Shown here: one piece after another, positions 26,461-40,147 of the stretch
How the letters are laid out: each line of letters opens with the position of its first letter
How positions within the stretch are numbered: position 1 is the first letter of the stretch
Source of the DNA: Octopus vulgaris
Lineage: Eukaryota
Assembly: GCA_951406725.2 (NCBI GenBank)
Contig: OX597814.1
Coordinates: forward strand, 188,852,001-188,916,000
Length of the DNA: 64,000 nucleotides
Reading direction: 5' to 3'
Position numbers and translations under genes: made by a program
Notes under the pieces: model-generated
What the model saw: the letters and a program-made list of their open reading frames with translations, nothing else
Database searches by the model: none
What the model was told of the DNA's origin: nothing

Positions 26461-26873
26461 AGGCGCAGGAGTGGCTGTGTGGTAAGTAGCTTGCTTACCA
26501 ACCACATGGTTCCGGGTTCAGTCCCACTGCGTGGCATCTTGGGCAATTGTCTTCTGCTATAGCCTCGGGCCGACCAATGCCTTGTGAGTAATTTGGTAGA
26601 CAGAAACTGAAAGAAGCCTGTCGTATATATGTATATATATATATAGACATGTATGTTTGTGTGTCTGTGTTTGTCCCCCCACCATCGCTTGACAACCGAT
26701 GCTGGTGTGTTTACGTCCCCGTCACTTAGCGGTTCGGCAAAAAGAGACCGATAGAATAAGTACTGGGCTTATAAAGAATAAGTCCCGGGGTCGATTTGCT
26801 CGACTAAAGGTGGTGCTCCAGCATGGCCGCAGTCAAATGACTGAAACAAGTAAAAGAGTAAAAGGGTAAAGAG
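26461..26873 (+). mobile_element. SINE family B, full length
   Basis: Head to gtaaaagag tail. Confidence 0.9.
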
Positions 26874-26889
26874 ATATATATTTGTATGT

Positions 26890-27223
26890 GAAGGCGCATG
26901 ACTCAGTGGTTAGAGCGTCGAGCTTATGATCATGAGGTTGTGAGTTCGATTCCCGGACCGAAATGCGTGTTGTGCTCTTGAGCAAGACACATTATTTCAC
27001 GTTGTTCCAGTTCACTTGTCTTTAGAAATGAATTGCGACGTCACTGGTGCCAAGCTGTATTGGCTCATTTGCTTTTCCCTTGGGTAACATCGGTGGTGTG
27101 GTGAAGGGAGTCTTGTATGCATGGGCAACTGCTGGTCTTCCATAAACAACCGCGCCTGGACTTGTGCCTCGGAGGGTAACTTTCTAGGTGCAATCTCATG
27201 GTCATTCATGACCGAAGGGGGTC
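26890..27223 (+). mobile_element. tRNA-derived SINE family D
   Basis: A box tgactcagtgg, B box gagttcgattcc, ttgagcaagacac core-like segment; 3' half shared with 6699-6894. Confidence 0.85.
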
Positions 27224-28431
27224 ACCCTATATATTTGTGTATAATTATATACATATATGAAATTTTCGTTTCCAGGAGTCGTTAAACTGTCAGAGAAAAG
27301 GCTCTGTGATAACATTTTCGGCTCTGCGAAATCAATTTTGCTTTTTATTCTTTCAACTTCGATAAATATAGTACCAGACCGGTGATTACTTGATTATTTT
27401 CCTACTTCTTTCTCTCTTTCGTTTTTACTCTCTTTCATCCTATTTCTCTCTGGAAAAAAATTGAGTTGTGTTCAAACAAGGAGAGGAATAGGCTTCGAAA
27501 ATATTTTCTGTGTAATGGGCGAAATTGTATATGCTTCATTCTTTTTCAGCCTCTAGATGCTGCATTTTTTTTGTGCGATTTGTCGCTCGTCTCTACAAAG
27601 AGGTTCAGTTGTATTTTTTCCAAGCACGAAATGGTGATCCGATGTGATATTTGATCTCTTCATTGTTCGAGTGTCTGTCAAACTTCGTCTTGTTTCTTCG
27701 GATTTGTGCGATTGGTTTAGATTTCTATTTTCATATCCAATGACTTTCATAACACATTCATACTATCTCCGATAACAATAACATTAAGACAACATTAATA
27801 CAAGTAAAGTTAGGCAATTTTTGCATTACAACACTTAATTTGACATTCAAAACTCTCAAAAATATATCGTCTTGATTTGTAGCTATAAAATTTTCGAAAC
27901 TACAAAAACAAAAGATTACCATATAACTTCGGAAGAAGCATCAGTTGTAGCACACATGAAGGAACCAGGCCATGTGACACATGAAAAACTTATCAACAAT
28001 AAAAGGCAAGAGGCATGAAAAATATATTGCATTCGAGTGTTAGAACTCTATGAGTATAGATGAGACAGGAGTGGAGAGAATAAAGTAGCTTTTGGGGAAA
28101 AGATGTATTTCAGCCATGGAAATGAAGACACCAAGCGCAAGGAAGGTGCCACCATCAAAGGTGACATGTGAGGTAGTGAAAATGATGATCGAATGGGAAG
28201 CGATTCCATTCAATGCAGGAAGGAAGACAGAAGACACCATGATCGCCCTAAAAAATAAAGCGTTTGGAAAGTGTATAAAAGAACAGCTGCAGAGTTATCA
28301 GCAAAATGAGATGAGGATACACCTTGGAATTAATGCGTGCGTCCACACACACACACACACACACACACAAGCACATGCAAACAAACACACGCACACATAC
28401 GCAAAACACACACGTGTGAAAATATGCACAT

Positions 28432-28595
28432 AGGAGCAGGAGTGGCTGTGTGGTAAGTAGCTCCCTTACCAACCACACGGTTCCGGGTTCAGTCCCACTG
28501 CATGGCACCTTGGGCAAGTGTCTTCCACTACAGTCTGGAGCCGACCAAAGCCTTGTGAATGGATTTGATAGACGGAAACTGAAAGAAACTCGTCG

Positions 28596-28639
<44 letters not shown>

Positions 28640-28867
28640 CGTGTGTGTGTGTATGTTATGTGTGTCTTTGTTTATCCCCCAACATCGCTTGCAAAGCGAT
28701 GGTGGTGTGTTTACGTCCCCGTAACTTAGCGGTACGGCAAAAGACACCGAAAGAATAAGTACTAGGCTTACAAAGAATAAGTCCTTGGCTCGATTTGCTC
28801 GACCTAAAGGCGGTGCTCCAGCATGGCCGCAGTCAAATGACCGAAACAAGTAAAACAGTAAAAAGAG
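28432..28867 (+). mobile_element. SINE family B
   Basis: Full-length homology. Confidence 0.9.
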
Positions 28868-29459
28868 TATATGTCTATAAAAGTAAATATCTATACACAT
28901 ACATATATTCACACACTCACGCACACACATAAAAACACACACAACCATCTTCCCCTTTATGCCCAAACAACGTCATACGCATACCCATTTACATCCACCC
29001 AGTAATAGCCAATGACTACTTCAGCAATGCAAATAAACAGTACAACAGTAGATCAATCAGTTACCCTTATAATAAGCACTTGTAATTATATACATTTATG
29101 TTACAAGTGATTATTTATTGCTTAGCATTTCTTCCGTATTTATTCTAATATTCATGTACACTTCATACTAAATATCACTGACGCAAAATTTCTCAGCTTA
29201 GCTCTCTATTAGAGTCTAATAATTAGACCACTCGTATTGTCTATTCTATTCTAAGTGCATTTGTGGACATAACACACTGCTGCACAAGGCCACACACATG
29301 CATTTCGACCGTTTCTCTACCCACGTCTCGCATATCACTATGCTTACAAAAATACCCTAAATTTCATAAAGTATTCCTGGTGATTCATGTAAGCTGTGAT
29401 GCCTGCATTTCTGACTCTCTATCTGACGACATGCATTTATCCATCCTATCGTCTATGTA

Positions 29460-29770
29460 TCATCAACATCATTGTTCGACCGTGGTCGAGACAATGGAAT
29501 TTACCATACTACGCCAGACTTCACGGTCCATCATGGCATTACGGAGGTCCTGTTGCTGGATGCCTGTATCCCTGGAGATTACATCAGGGTAGGAGAGTGT
29601 GCGCCTTCTGGTATTGCGAGTAGATGGCTTCCAGAGGAGAAGAGTAGAAATTACTTCTTTTTCAGCTCTACAACAATATCCAGCAAACTGGACTCTCCTA
29701 CCTTTCACAAGAGATGACACAGGTGGTAGTTTCCCATATATTTGCATTTTGGTTGGATGGCGCCATATAT
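29460..29770 (-). mobile_element. RTE-group LINE 3' end
   Basis: RRVQFAGYCCR..LLLWKP..YPDVISRDTG..AMMDREVWR then stop and (TGA)n tail; second copy at 49522. Confidence 0.8.
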
Positions 29771-30641
29771 CACACTACCACAAACACAAGCTATTTATTT
29801 ACAAATACCCATGGACAAATAAGACTTCAGCTAACAAAATTACCACTATTACATAATTATTTAGAATATTCTTTTTTAAATTTGGTATTTCCTATGTACA
29901 AAGATTGCATAGAAATGACACTGTCTGAAGAGATGTGAGATGAAACGGAGAAATACTGAGGAATACTGAATTCCAAATACCTTATCAAAGTGTTATCCTA
30001 TGCATAGCCTTGAATTCTGACTTTCGTGGCATTACACCTACACGGTTGATAAACCATATTTTTTTACATGTATACATGCACCCTAGTCACACACAAGCAC
30101 ACACGCAAACACACACACGATATATATATGTATGTACGTATGTATATATATATATAAAAAGCAGAACAAATCAGTGTACATAAAGGATTGTACATAAAAA
30201 AGTGTACATAAAAGAGTAATTTATATTTAACCCTACAGTCTCTTATGTGGTGGTTTAATAAAGTATGTGATTGAGTATTATCTGGTAATTGATATTTGAT
30301 TTAGATGTATTTCTCCATTTTCTTATCTTGTATTAGTAATTTGTGGTAAATCATTTTACCTTTGCCCATATAATACAGTAAATGAATTGATTGCATCGCA
30401 ATCATTAACATTTATGTATTAACTTTGTTGGGTACTTCACAAGCAGTATATTGGATATATGTTATCCCATGGGGGGTTGCATTTACAACCCCTATCTCAA
30501 TTTGTATATATATATTTAAATAATGAGGGTGATAAATTACATATTAATTTAATTAACATCAATTTAAAACCAATGGCCTAGCATATAGAAAAATCTGAAA
30601 ATTCAGAAAAATTGTATTACATGCATCCCTTCTTATATACG

Positions 30642-30687
<46 letters not shown>

Positions 30688-30732
30688 TGTATGTATGTAT
30701 GTATGTATGTATGTATGTATGTATGTATATAT

Positions 30733-30910
30733 CGTTGGCGAATTACTTCCTCTGTCTTCCTTCTTTTGGACTTTCCTCTATTTCGGAAGAGCTATGCTCG
30801 AAACGTTAAATCCTCTTTCCTTCCTTTCCTGAGCTTCTGATAATACAGTACTTGTACTGCGTTCTCGCGTTATTGTTATTTCTTGCTTGTTCTTTTTTGG
30901 GATTCATTAT
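30733..30910 (+). mobile_element. Diverged relative of the P1 Penelope terminal repeat
   Basis: gaagagctatgctcgaaacgttaaa...ttcctgagc..taatac; hammerhead 5' core eroded. Confidence 0.55.
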
Positions 30911-30923
30911 ATGTATATATATG

Positions 30924-30994
<71 letters not shown>

Positions 30995-30998
<4 letters not shown>

Positions 30999-31470
30999 GC
31001 CGGGGTATCTTTCCACTAACAAGTTCCCCATATACCATCTGATTAGGAATCTGCTATTTTTTATTCTAGTAAGATGCCCTGCCCAACGTAACCGGTGCTT
31101 GTGCACCATCAACTCAGTGCTCAAGATATCAGCTTTACTCAGGATTTAAGGACTGTGTCAAGTCCTCATTAAAGGCCTGTGATATGCAGGAGGCCCACTG
31201 GGAGGGCAATGACTGTGATCGCCACAGATGGAGGAAGCAGGTTAAAGAGGGTTATCAACTTTCAAAGAGCACGTATTCTGCATGAAGAATTTAAGCGGGC
31301 AGCTCGAAAGTGCCCTGCTAGCATATTGAATGGGAAAAGATTGCTTTGCAGTGTTTGTAGTCGTATCTGCTTGTCATGAGTAGGTCTCATTAGCTACCAA
31401 CGGAGCCGTAACTGCAAAATATAAGTTAGTCCTAGAGCGCACAATGTTCCTAAAGGTTAGCAATGGTCTT
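30995..31470 (+). mobile_element. RTE (BovB-like) LINE 3' end with inverted 5' segment
   Basis: Minus 31143-30995: RLRWAGHLTR..YGELVSGKIPRH. Plus 31142 onward: FKDCVKSSLK..WE..DRHRWRKQV..KRAARK..CSVCSRICLS. Confidence 0.8.
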
Positions 31471-31553
31471 TCTCATATATGTATATGTGTGTGTATGCAT
31501 ACACGTACATTTATTACATTTTTGCATATATATGTATTACATAATTAGATTCA

Positions 31554-31885
31554 CGTATGAGGCCTTGGGATATTTTTGTAAGTGTCTCATTTATAACTAC
31601 ATATTGACCTATCACACATGGCTAATATGAGCATAATGAGACACCCATATCTACATGGCCGAAACAGCTGTAAGATGTAGTTTATATTTATATTTATATT
31701 CACTTATACATACTGTACTTATTGTATCATATTACTCTTTCATGTACATTGCTTTGTTCTATATTATTATGTTTGACCTTAATGTTCATATGTAGTGGTT
31801 TAATAAATTATGTGATTGGGTATTATCTGGTAGTTGATCATTGATTAAGATGTGTTTCTCCATTTTCTTATTTTGTATTATATAT
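31554..31885 (+). mobile_element. Penelope-like terminal repeat with degenerate long-stem-II hammerhead
   Basis: cgtatga ggcc..[~90 nt stem]..ggcc GAAACAGCTGTA; downstream part homologous to 30240-30335. Confidence 0.5.
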
Positions 31886-32627
31886 ATGTATATATATATA
31901 TATATATATAACCGTACATACATGCACTCACACACGCATGTGTATAAGTATGTATCAAATACATGCATACAAGCATACACAATCACACACGCATCTCTCC
32001 TGAACACTTGTGGTCCCTTATATGTGAAATAGTGTGCGTTTCTATGTACACGGAAGAATGTATGAGTGTATTTGTGATGCAGCTCACAGCGATCTATATA
32101 TTTTGGTTTGACAATGTTACAACCAGCTTTACTAAAAAATTAGTTAGCATCGAGACTTTGTTTGCAATACCGGGTTTAATACACGTTTTTCACCTATCTT
32201 TTGTGTGATGTATTTAACTTTATCATTTATTATAAGTAATTACTCTTCATTAACACTGATTAATGTTATGTTGGCAGCACACAATGGTTTCTTAAATAAC
32301 ATCTTGTACTCGGAAGTATCCATGATATTCTAAGCAAGTATTAAAGGTTATTTTCAATGAATTCACTAATTCAACAATTTAATCTTCTGAACTTGATATA
32401 AAACCCATGTAAAAATTCTGAGATTAAATGTGAGCCCTCAAATCCTATATATGGATAACGCAATGCCATTTTAATACTAAGGCGTTCTTAGATTAAATAT
32501 AAGTGTAACTAAGTACATATAAATACTTTGGTAAAAACACAGTTGATGTCTGCCTTTTTGCAGTATTTTCTAGCGTTCTGCTAGAGAAAGAATATCACAC
32601 GGTTTTTGCTAGTTGTTGCTATCGTTG

Positions 32628-32628
32628 T

Positions 32629-32704
<76 letters not shown>

Positions 32705-33025
32705 ACCGCTGCTGCCGCTGCTGCCGCTGCTGCCGCTGCTGCCGCTGCTGCCGCTGCTGCCGCTGCTGCCGCTGCTGCCGCTGCTGCCGCTGCTGCCGCT
32801 GACGCCACCACCACCACTTCTACCACTATTACTACTACTACTACCGTCGCCGCCGCCGTCACCATAACCACCACCACCACCACCACCACCACCACCACCA
32901 CCACCACCACCACTACTACTACTACTACCACTACTGCTGCTACTGCTGCTGCTGCCGCCGCCACCACCACCACTTCTACCACCACTACTACTACTACCGC
33001 CGCCGCCGCCGTCACCATAACCACC

Positions 33026-33090
<65 letters not shown>
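32628..33090. repeat. Compound trinucleotide array (ACT/GCT/GCC/ACC/AAT)
   Basis: Direct reading; includes (GCTGCTGCC)n and an internal duplication. Confidence 0.95.
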
Positions 33091-33091
<1 letters not shown>

Positions 33092-33104
33092 AACCATACA
33101 ATAC

Positions 33105-33786
33105 AATAACCATACAATAACCATCAGAGCATCACAACAAATCACAGCACATACCCAAGGCACACAGAGCTGCGCTCGGTAGTGAAGTGAAAGCACGCTA
33201 TAAAAAATATACTACTGAATGATAATAATAAATGCCCTGATGCAGTACAAAGTAGTGGCTCTCATGGCTTATGATCTTAACTGATTGGAAGTGTTATCGT
33301 GTACATTGTTTTGTCTTGGTATAAAAGATGGCCTACAGCAAATATTCTGCTTAATACCACAGATTTGCTTGTCATTTGTTGACCATAACCAGTTGACCAT
33401 GTCCTTTAGTAGCTGACGATATGTGCATCTCTGACCACGAGCAGAAGTAGTGGGGAAGCATAATAGCCAAGTGTTGAAAGGTATTCTTGGAGATTTGGAT
33501 AATTCAGCTTTGGAAAGATTGGTTTTTCATTCGAAATCCTTAAACAATCCTTATTCAATGACCTTTTGTGCGGGATGGGCTACTCGACCAGAAGAAAATT
33601 CTAACTAGGACCCACCTGCAAGGTCATGCGCTGTTTATCTTGATATGAGATCACCATATCGCGCACATTTGGTTGTGATGCATGTGCCTGGTGTACCCTT
33701 ACCAGACGTGTAGTCATGATGGGTATACTGGGCTTCGTATATTTTATCCCAGTGTCACTTTGATGGCATGCACTGCTCTCTCACTC

Positions 33787-33790
<4 letters not shown>
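33105..33790 (+). mobile_element. Sequence blocks embedded in (AAT)n, possibly 3' UTRs of microsatellite-targeting LINEs (R4/Dong type)
   Basis: Two complex blocks (33105-33220, 33232-33787), each bounded by AAT repeats; no ORF support, so family assignment is inference. Confidence 0.35.
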
Positions 33791-33861
<71 letters not shown>

Positions 33862-35583
33862 TCTTTGTACTAAATGCACAAGGCCTGAAATTTAGGGGTA
33901 GGGGACTGGTCACTGGTACTTAGTTTATCAACCGCGAAGATTAAAGGCAAAGCTTATCTGGGCGTATGTTGGGGTGGGGTGTCAATGATCAGTGATAGCA
34001 AGGGCCACAACTTTCTTTCGTATTCTCATTTTCAAAGAAGTCATATTTTGATTTCATAGAGCTTTGACAGTTATTTATAGAAGGTCGAGCCGAGCAACTC
34101 CGTCGAGTGTCCTATGATGGGTCTGAGACATACAGTTGAGCCTACAATTTTCGATCTTACCAATATACACTTCACAAACGTAAAGATGCGCCATGTGCAA
34201 ACATTCGTTATACCTATTTGATGATAGAATTAATGTAAAGATCCTTCTCCCACACTCCAATTAATAACTGGTTACTGACTTCTGAGAAACTGTGATATCA
34301 AAGGCAAGAATTCCAGTTGATCTCATGCTATATTACTGATCTGTGGGAAATAGCGCAATAATGCATATCCCGGTTTTCTATATGCCCGGATATTCCTCAG
34401 TCATACTAATATTTACTGTTCAAAGGTGACTCATTTGAGTTATCTCTTGGCAGCCGCTGGTAATGGAAATATCACAGAGCTTAAAACATTTTGTTGATTA
34501 CCTGCTTTGTTTGTTATGATAGAGACTTATATATTCATACGTGGATGATGTTTTGTACGTTAGCGAAATCTAATTGCAGATCGAAAAACTGCAGACGATT
34601 GCCGTTCTTAATGATAAAAAAGGAGAAGCAAAATTTAAAACAAAATCAAACATGCATTATGCTAGTTGTACTCTTGATGAAAAAGAAATACTAAGTCTAA
34701 ATCTGTGAGTGAGCAATAATATGACAGTAAAGTTAGGACAAAATAGAAGCGCTAGAGTTAAATACAGAGATACCAACTACAAAATACGCTCACTCACTCA
34801 GACCTACAGACACACATCAAATACACTTGTGTGCAAACAGAAACGCACATACATATACGCATGTTTTATTTTCTTTGTGTGTACGAGTTTCTACAATTTT
34901 AGTTTCCTTATTTGAATTTTTATCAGCTATGTTATTGGTTACCTTCAAAACTAAACGGCAAAAAATTGTATTTACTTATTTATCTATCTACCATCCACAA
35001 AACACACAAGTAAGCACATGTGTGTATATACTCACGCGTACACATATATCGGTATTATACAGAGACACAATTTCATACACAAAAGAAAAAACATGAAAAG
35101 TGTTACAGCGTTATTGTGTGTATTAATTTCTGGCGGTTATTTCAGCCAGTCGTTTGTAGACAGGTATTATGGATACTAATGGTTATTTTGTTCTCTGAAA
35201 ATGATACTGCCTTTGATTATTTCTATGGAACATCAAAGTTAGTATCTATTATCTGAATATAGATAGTTAAAGGAGGAAAAAAAAAGAGCAAAGAAATAAT
35301 GCTGAATAAGACGAAAGCAAAACGATGGAAGTGAAAACTATTTCGTTATCTATTGAAAAAAAAAAGAAAAAGAAAAATAGGAAAAAGACACCAATTTATT
35401 TCCCTGTGTGTGAAGAATTCCGTCTGTTTTTCTGGAGTGATCTGAATCTTTGAAATAGTGGAGAGAAGTTTCACTACAATGCTCAGTGGACTGCTATTAT
35501 CACAAACTATAGTTGAAATGTAGTTGAAATATATATATATATATAAGTATATATATATATATATGTATTTATGTATGTATATA

Positions 35584-35652
<69 letters not shown>

Positions 35653-35764
35653 GTATATATATATATATATGTATATATATACATATATATAAATGTATAT
35701 ATATATATATGCGTGTGTGTGTGTGTGTGCGTGCATGTATCTTTTTTGTGTGTGTATATGTGCG

Positions 35765-35799
<35 letters not shown>

Positions 35800-36087
35800 G
35801 CACATATCTATATGGTTGTATTCGTGTGATTCTGTGCGGTTGTGTGTATGTGTGTGTGTATGCATGCTTGTTTGTGTGCGCGCATATGCAAAAATGCATG
35901 CACTCATAAAGAAATGGATCTCCGGCGGTTTCGACGATAATGTATTGAGTTTTTAGATTAGCAGAGCTGAATATTCTGCTGACACATGCACTCTTAACGT
36001 TTTCAAAGGCGTAATAAGCGTAACACATTTTGCAAAAGGTTTCAATTATTGGCATACTCCATACGACAAGCTTCTACTCAGTAACTG

Positions 36088-36474
36088 GGAGGCGCAATGG
36101 CCCAGTGGTTAGGGCAGCGGACTCGCGGTCGTAGGATCGCAGTTTCGATTCCCAGACCGGGCGTTGTGAGTGTTTATTGAGCGAAAACACCTAAAAGCTC
36201 CACGAGGCTCCGGCAGGGGATGGTGGTGATCCCTGCTGTACTCTTTCGCCACAACTTTCTCTCACTCTTACTTCCTGTTTCTGTTGTACCTGTATTTCAG
36301 AGGGTCGGCCTTATCACTCTCTGTGTCACGCTGAATATCCCCGAGAACTACGTTAAGGGTACACGTGTCTGTGGAGTGCTCAGCCACTTACACGTTAATT
36401 TCACGAGCAGGCTGTTCCGTTGATTCGGATCAACCGGAACCCTCATCGTCGTAACCGACGGAGTGCTTCCATCC
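36088..36474 (+). mobile_element. SINE family A, full length
   Basis: TSD actcagtaactg at 36076-36087 / 36475-36486; A and B boxes. Confidence 0.93.
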
Positions 36475-36671
36475 ACTCAGTAACTGATTTGTTGAAGAAT
36501 TCGGTTTGTCATCACAAAGTTCCGAGTTCCATTACATTGTGTGCAACTTTGAGCAATTGCTATGTATCATAGCCTGTGGCCGCAGAAAAAGGTATGGATC
36601 ATTCCAACTGTTCTTTCAGTTCATTACACACATTAAATCATGACTGCTCTTGATCTTCCGTGAGCATGTAA

Positions 36672-37072
36672 CTCTTTTTACTCTTTTACTTGTTTCAGTC
36701 ATGTGACTGTGGCCTTGTAGGAGCACCGCCTTTAGTCGAGTAAATCGACCCCAGGACTTATTCTTTGTAAGCCTAGTACTTATTCTATCGGTCTATTTTC
36801 CCGAACCCCTAAATTACGGAGCCTTAAACACACCAACATCGGTTGACAAGGGACGTTGGGGGGGGGGGGGAACACAGACACACAAACATATATATATATA
36901 TACATATATACGAAGTGCTTCTTTCAGTTTCCGTCTTCCAAATGCACTCACAAGGCTTTGGTCGGCCCGCGGCTATGGTAGAAGACACTTGCCTAAGGTG
37001 CCACGAAGTGGGACTGAACCTGGAACCATGTGGTTCATAAGCAAGCTACTTACCACACAGCCACTCCTACGC
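36672..37072 (-). mobile_element. SINE family B
   Basis: Full-length homology. Confidence 0.88.
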
Positions 37073-37440
37073 TTATGTGAGGCACAGATTTTGCTGCAAC
37101 TCTTTTCATTCGCAATTTCTCGCTTAAAAGTCCTTACCAGGAGCTCCAGATCACACAGGTCATATCAACATGTGAGTCAATTTTTCGGCGATCAGTTCAT
37201 GAATTTCCGTGATGTTTCCATTCGTTCGGGAGGATGATGGTTGTTCTGAACGAGGTTGGTCATCAAGCGACAAGTGACTCTTCCTAATTCGTAGAAACCA
37301 GTCGTAAACTTGTGTTTTGCTCATGGCACAGCTTCCTTATAACCTGTCTGAAGCATGACAATTTTTTTTGACCGCCGTTTTCGCCAGCAATTGCTATTTG
37401 CTATTTCTCACGAACTGTATTTTTTTCTGATGCCGAGGAA
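37073..37440 (-). mobile_element. Mariner transposase N-terminal (HTH) relic
   Basis: QVYDWFLRIRKSHLSLDDQPRSEQPSSSRT...EKLRMKRVAAKSVPH. Confidence 0.65.
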
Positions 37441-38593
37441 AGCATCGTTTCTTCCGTCACCCAGATTCATAATTAATTTCCTTAAGATTTTTTATAGATA
37501 AAGATAATGTTTGCTAACCAATAATTGTAATTTTTTCTCATAAAGGTTGGAAAATAAGTTTCGTTGGAAAACAAAGGATGACATGGTTAATATATTTTAT
37601 ATCTTTTAGACTTATAGTAAATAATAGAATTATTGTTGTGCTTTCTGTGGAAATCAAATACGAGTTAGGAGTGTTCATTTCAGAGGATGTAGTTGTCTTG
37701 TTTCTAACTGTGTTTGCTTTCAGATAGAAATATCAGTTCATAGGTGAATAAAATTTTGAAGAATTTTTATTGACGGACTGTTATAAATACTGGGCGGAAA
37801 AGAAGAACAAGAACCAAAGGAAATAAATTTTTTCCCTATTTTATTCACTCTTGAACCGATTTGCTTTCTGCAACCAAGTAGTGCCAATAAATAACCAATG
37901 TTCTTTAAACCAAACACTCCCAAACTAATCTGATTTCCATAAATACACAAATGTATTTCTACTATGAGTTTAGAGCAACATAGATTAACCATGGTGTTAT
38001 TTGTTTGACGTTGAATTTTACTTTTCAAGTTTCCTAAACAAAACAAAGAGTTTTAAATTATATTTTCACCTATAAATATCAGGTAAGTAAATAACAAATC
38101 CGAACTGTATAAACATTCATGTGGATTGGTTAAACTGTGTTTGGAAGCAAAAGGAAGAAAAAAAAAACATTCCTCAACGTACAAAAATGATTATGTATAT
38201 TACATTTCAAGTAAATATGAAGCTTCTTGAAGTGTAAGTTTCACGTTGCCGATTATTTGAACGATTGACGTTCAAATAACTGGCAAATAACGTCAAAATA
38301 AGTGACGAAGGCAATATGCTTTCCAAAATATACCTAGACGCATAGAGGACAGATTAGTCATTGAGATTCGATTGATTGCCACATAATTTACCAATTCATT
38401 TGGAGTGCATAAAAGAAAATAATGATTATATATTCTGAGTATATTGGAGTATTTCAACGGATCATAATGCAATCCTCGTCTTGTCTCTTTGTACACCCTG
38501 AGGCTGAGAAATGAAACAATTGTAAGTGAAGATGTTAATTAATAAATTAATTTGGATCCATTAGATCTCCCTACTTTCAAACTTAATTTTATA

Positions 38594-38638
<45 letters not shown>

Positions 38639-38747
38639 TGAAAGAGAGACAGAGGAAGAGAAAGACAGACAGATAGAGACAGGAAGAGAGAAAGAGAGAA
38701 ACAAACTTATGTACGTGTTTGTGCGCGTCTTTGTATATATATTGGTA

Positions 38748-39544
38748 TCTTAATATAAATTTGAGTGATGTTTCTCTGTCCGTTACGTTTTTATGTTCGT
38801 TAATTCTCCTAGATCGGTGGTGGAAGGGCAACGAAACTCAAACCAGCAACTCCCCTAATCTCAGAGAATGTCCCAAGGCGATCTTTTTGTTTAAGGGCCG
38901 CCTAATTGGGGCCCACTCACCCCCTATTTTTACTGCATTTTAAACTAAATACATGGCGTTGAAGACAAAATCGGAGCAATGACTGTGAATTTTATACCAT
39001 AAACTACTAAAGAGTAAAGTAGGGAGGTTCAATTTCCGAAGGGCTGCTTAAATGGGGCCCCACTGACATTCTCCCCCTATTTTTACTGTGCTTACTCCGC
39101 TCCTACACGTTTTGATTAAACTATGGTCAGCATCAGTGCTTAGCATATTTGCAGAACTAGAAACTAGCTGTATGTCTATTGGTAAAGCTGGTAGAAAGCG
39201 GTCCAAGTGTTGATAAACCGAGACATTGTTACAGAGATGGAACTCAGGTTACATGTTGAATGAACAACAAATTAATGGGACATGGGGTTTAGGTATGGGT
39301 GCGAGTGAAGTATAGGTAATGCGTGTAAGGGTATGGGCATGTGGATGTATGTTGGGTAGGGAGTTTGGAATGGAGTATAGCATAATTAATATCAGGAGAT
39401 ACGTATACAATGAATGTGACCGAGTCCATTACATTTCAGAAGGGTAGAGGGCCGCGAACCATCCCGATATTGAGGCCGAAGGCCTAAAGAGAGCCTCTGC
39501 AGGAGCGAACCTGAATGCCGTCCGTAGGGCGGCTTCAAGGCTAC
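38748..39544 (+). mobile_element. Probable non-autonomous Helitron
   Basis: A|TC start, ctgtccgttacg near the 5' end, GC hairpin gccgtcc-gta-gggcggc at 39517-39533 followed by CTAC|T; no TSD. Confidence 0.55.
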
Positions 39545-40110
39545 TATAAACACACACACACACACACATACATATAACCCTGTTTACACACACACACACA
39601 CACTCACGCTCACAGACTCACGCACACACACTCACGCACCCACATATATACATATTAGTTGTCTAAAAGATATATGTTTAAATATCCACATTTGACACTA
39701 TTTTGTAGGAACTTCGAGTTTTCCATTTAAATAGCTTCAAGTTTTCACTCATTGGCGGTTAATGAAGTGGTCAGCCGTTAGAAGTTTAACGATTATTTAA
39801 AGTCTTAGTTTGTGTTTCTGATCTAGAAATATCCTGTTTTTCCTACTTTTAGTGGAAATATTCTTTAAAATTGTATAATACCCTGAAAACTTTACGATAT
39901 GGTGTTTTGTCAGTGTTTTACATGACCCTGTTTCTCATTTTAGGGAAATGAGATTTTTCAATCCTTTGCCGTATCGGACCACATCTTTTCTCTTTCAAAT
40001 TCCGTATATCGTGGGATACACATACAGAAGCAGAATTCCATTCGCTTGTATATTTGCAAGTCATTACCAAGGAAGACCGTATGGTACCAAGGAAGACCGT
40101 ATGTAGTTTC

Positions 40111-40147
<37 letters not shown>

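Noticed and set aside
27850-28340. Purine-rich ORF-like stretch, possible DNA transposon relic
   Set aside because: No diagnostic DDE/D motif recognised.
32581-33196. Poly-Ala/Thr/Ser/Gly ORFs
   Set aside because: Triplet-repeat artefact with no splice or codon evidence.
36088-36165. tRNA-like sequences at SINE heads
   Set aside because: No complete cloverleaf/acceptor stem; they continue into SINE bodies with TSDs, so they are not tRNA genes.
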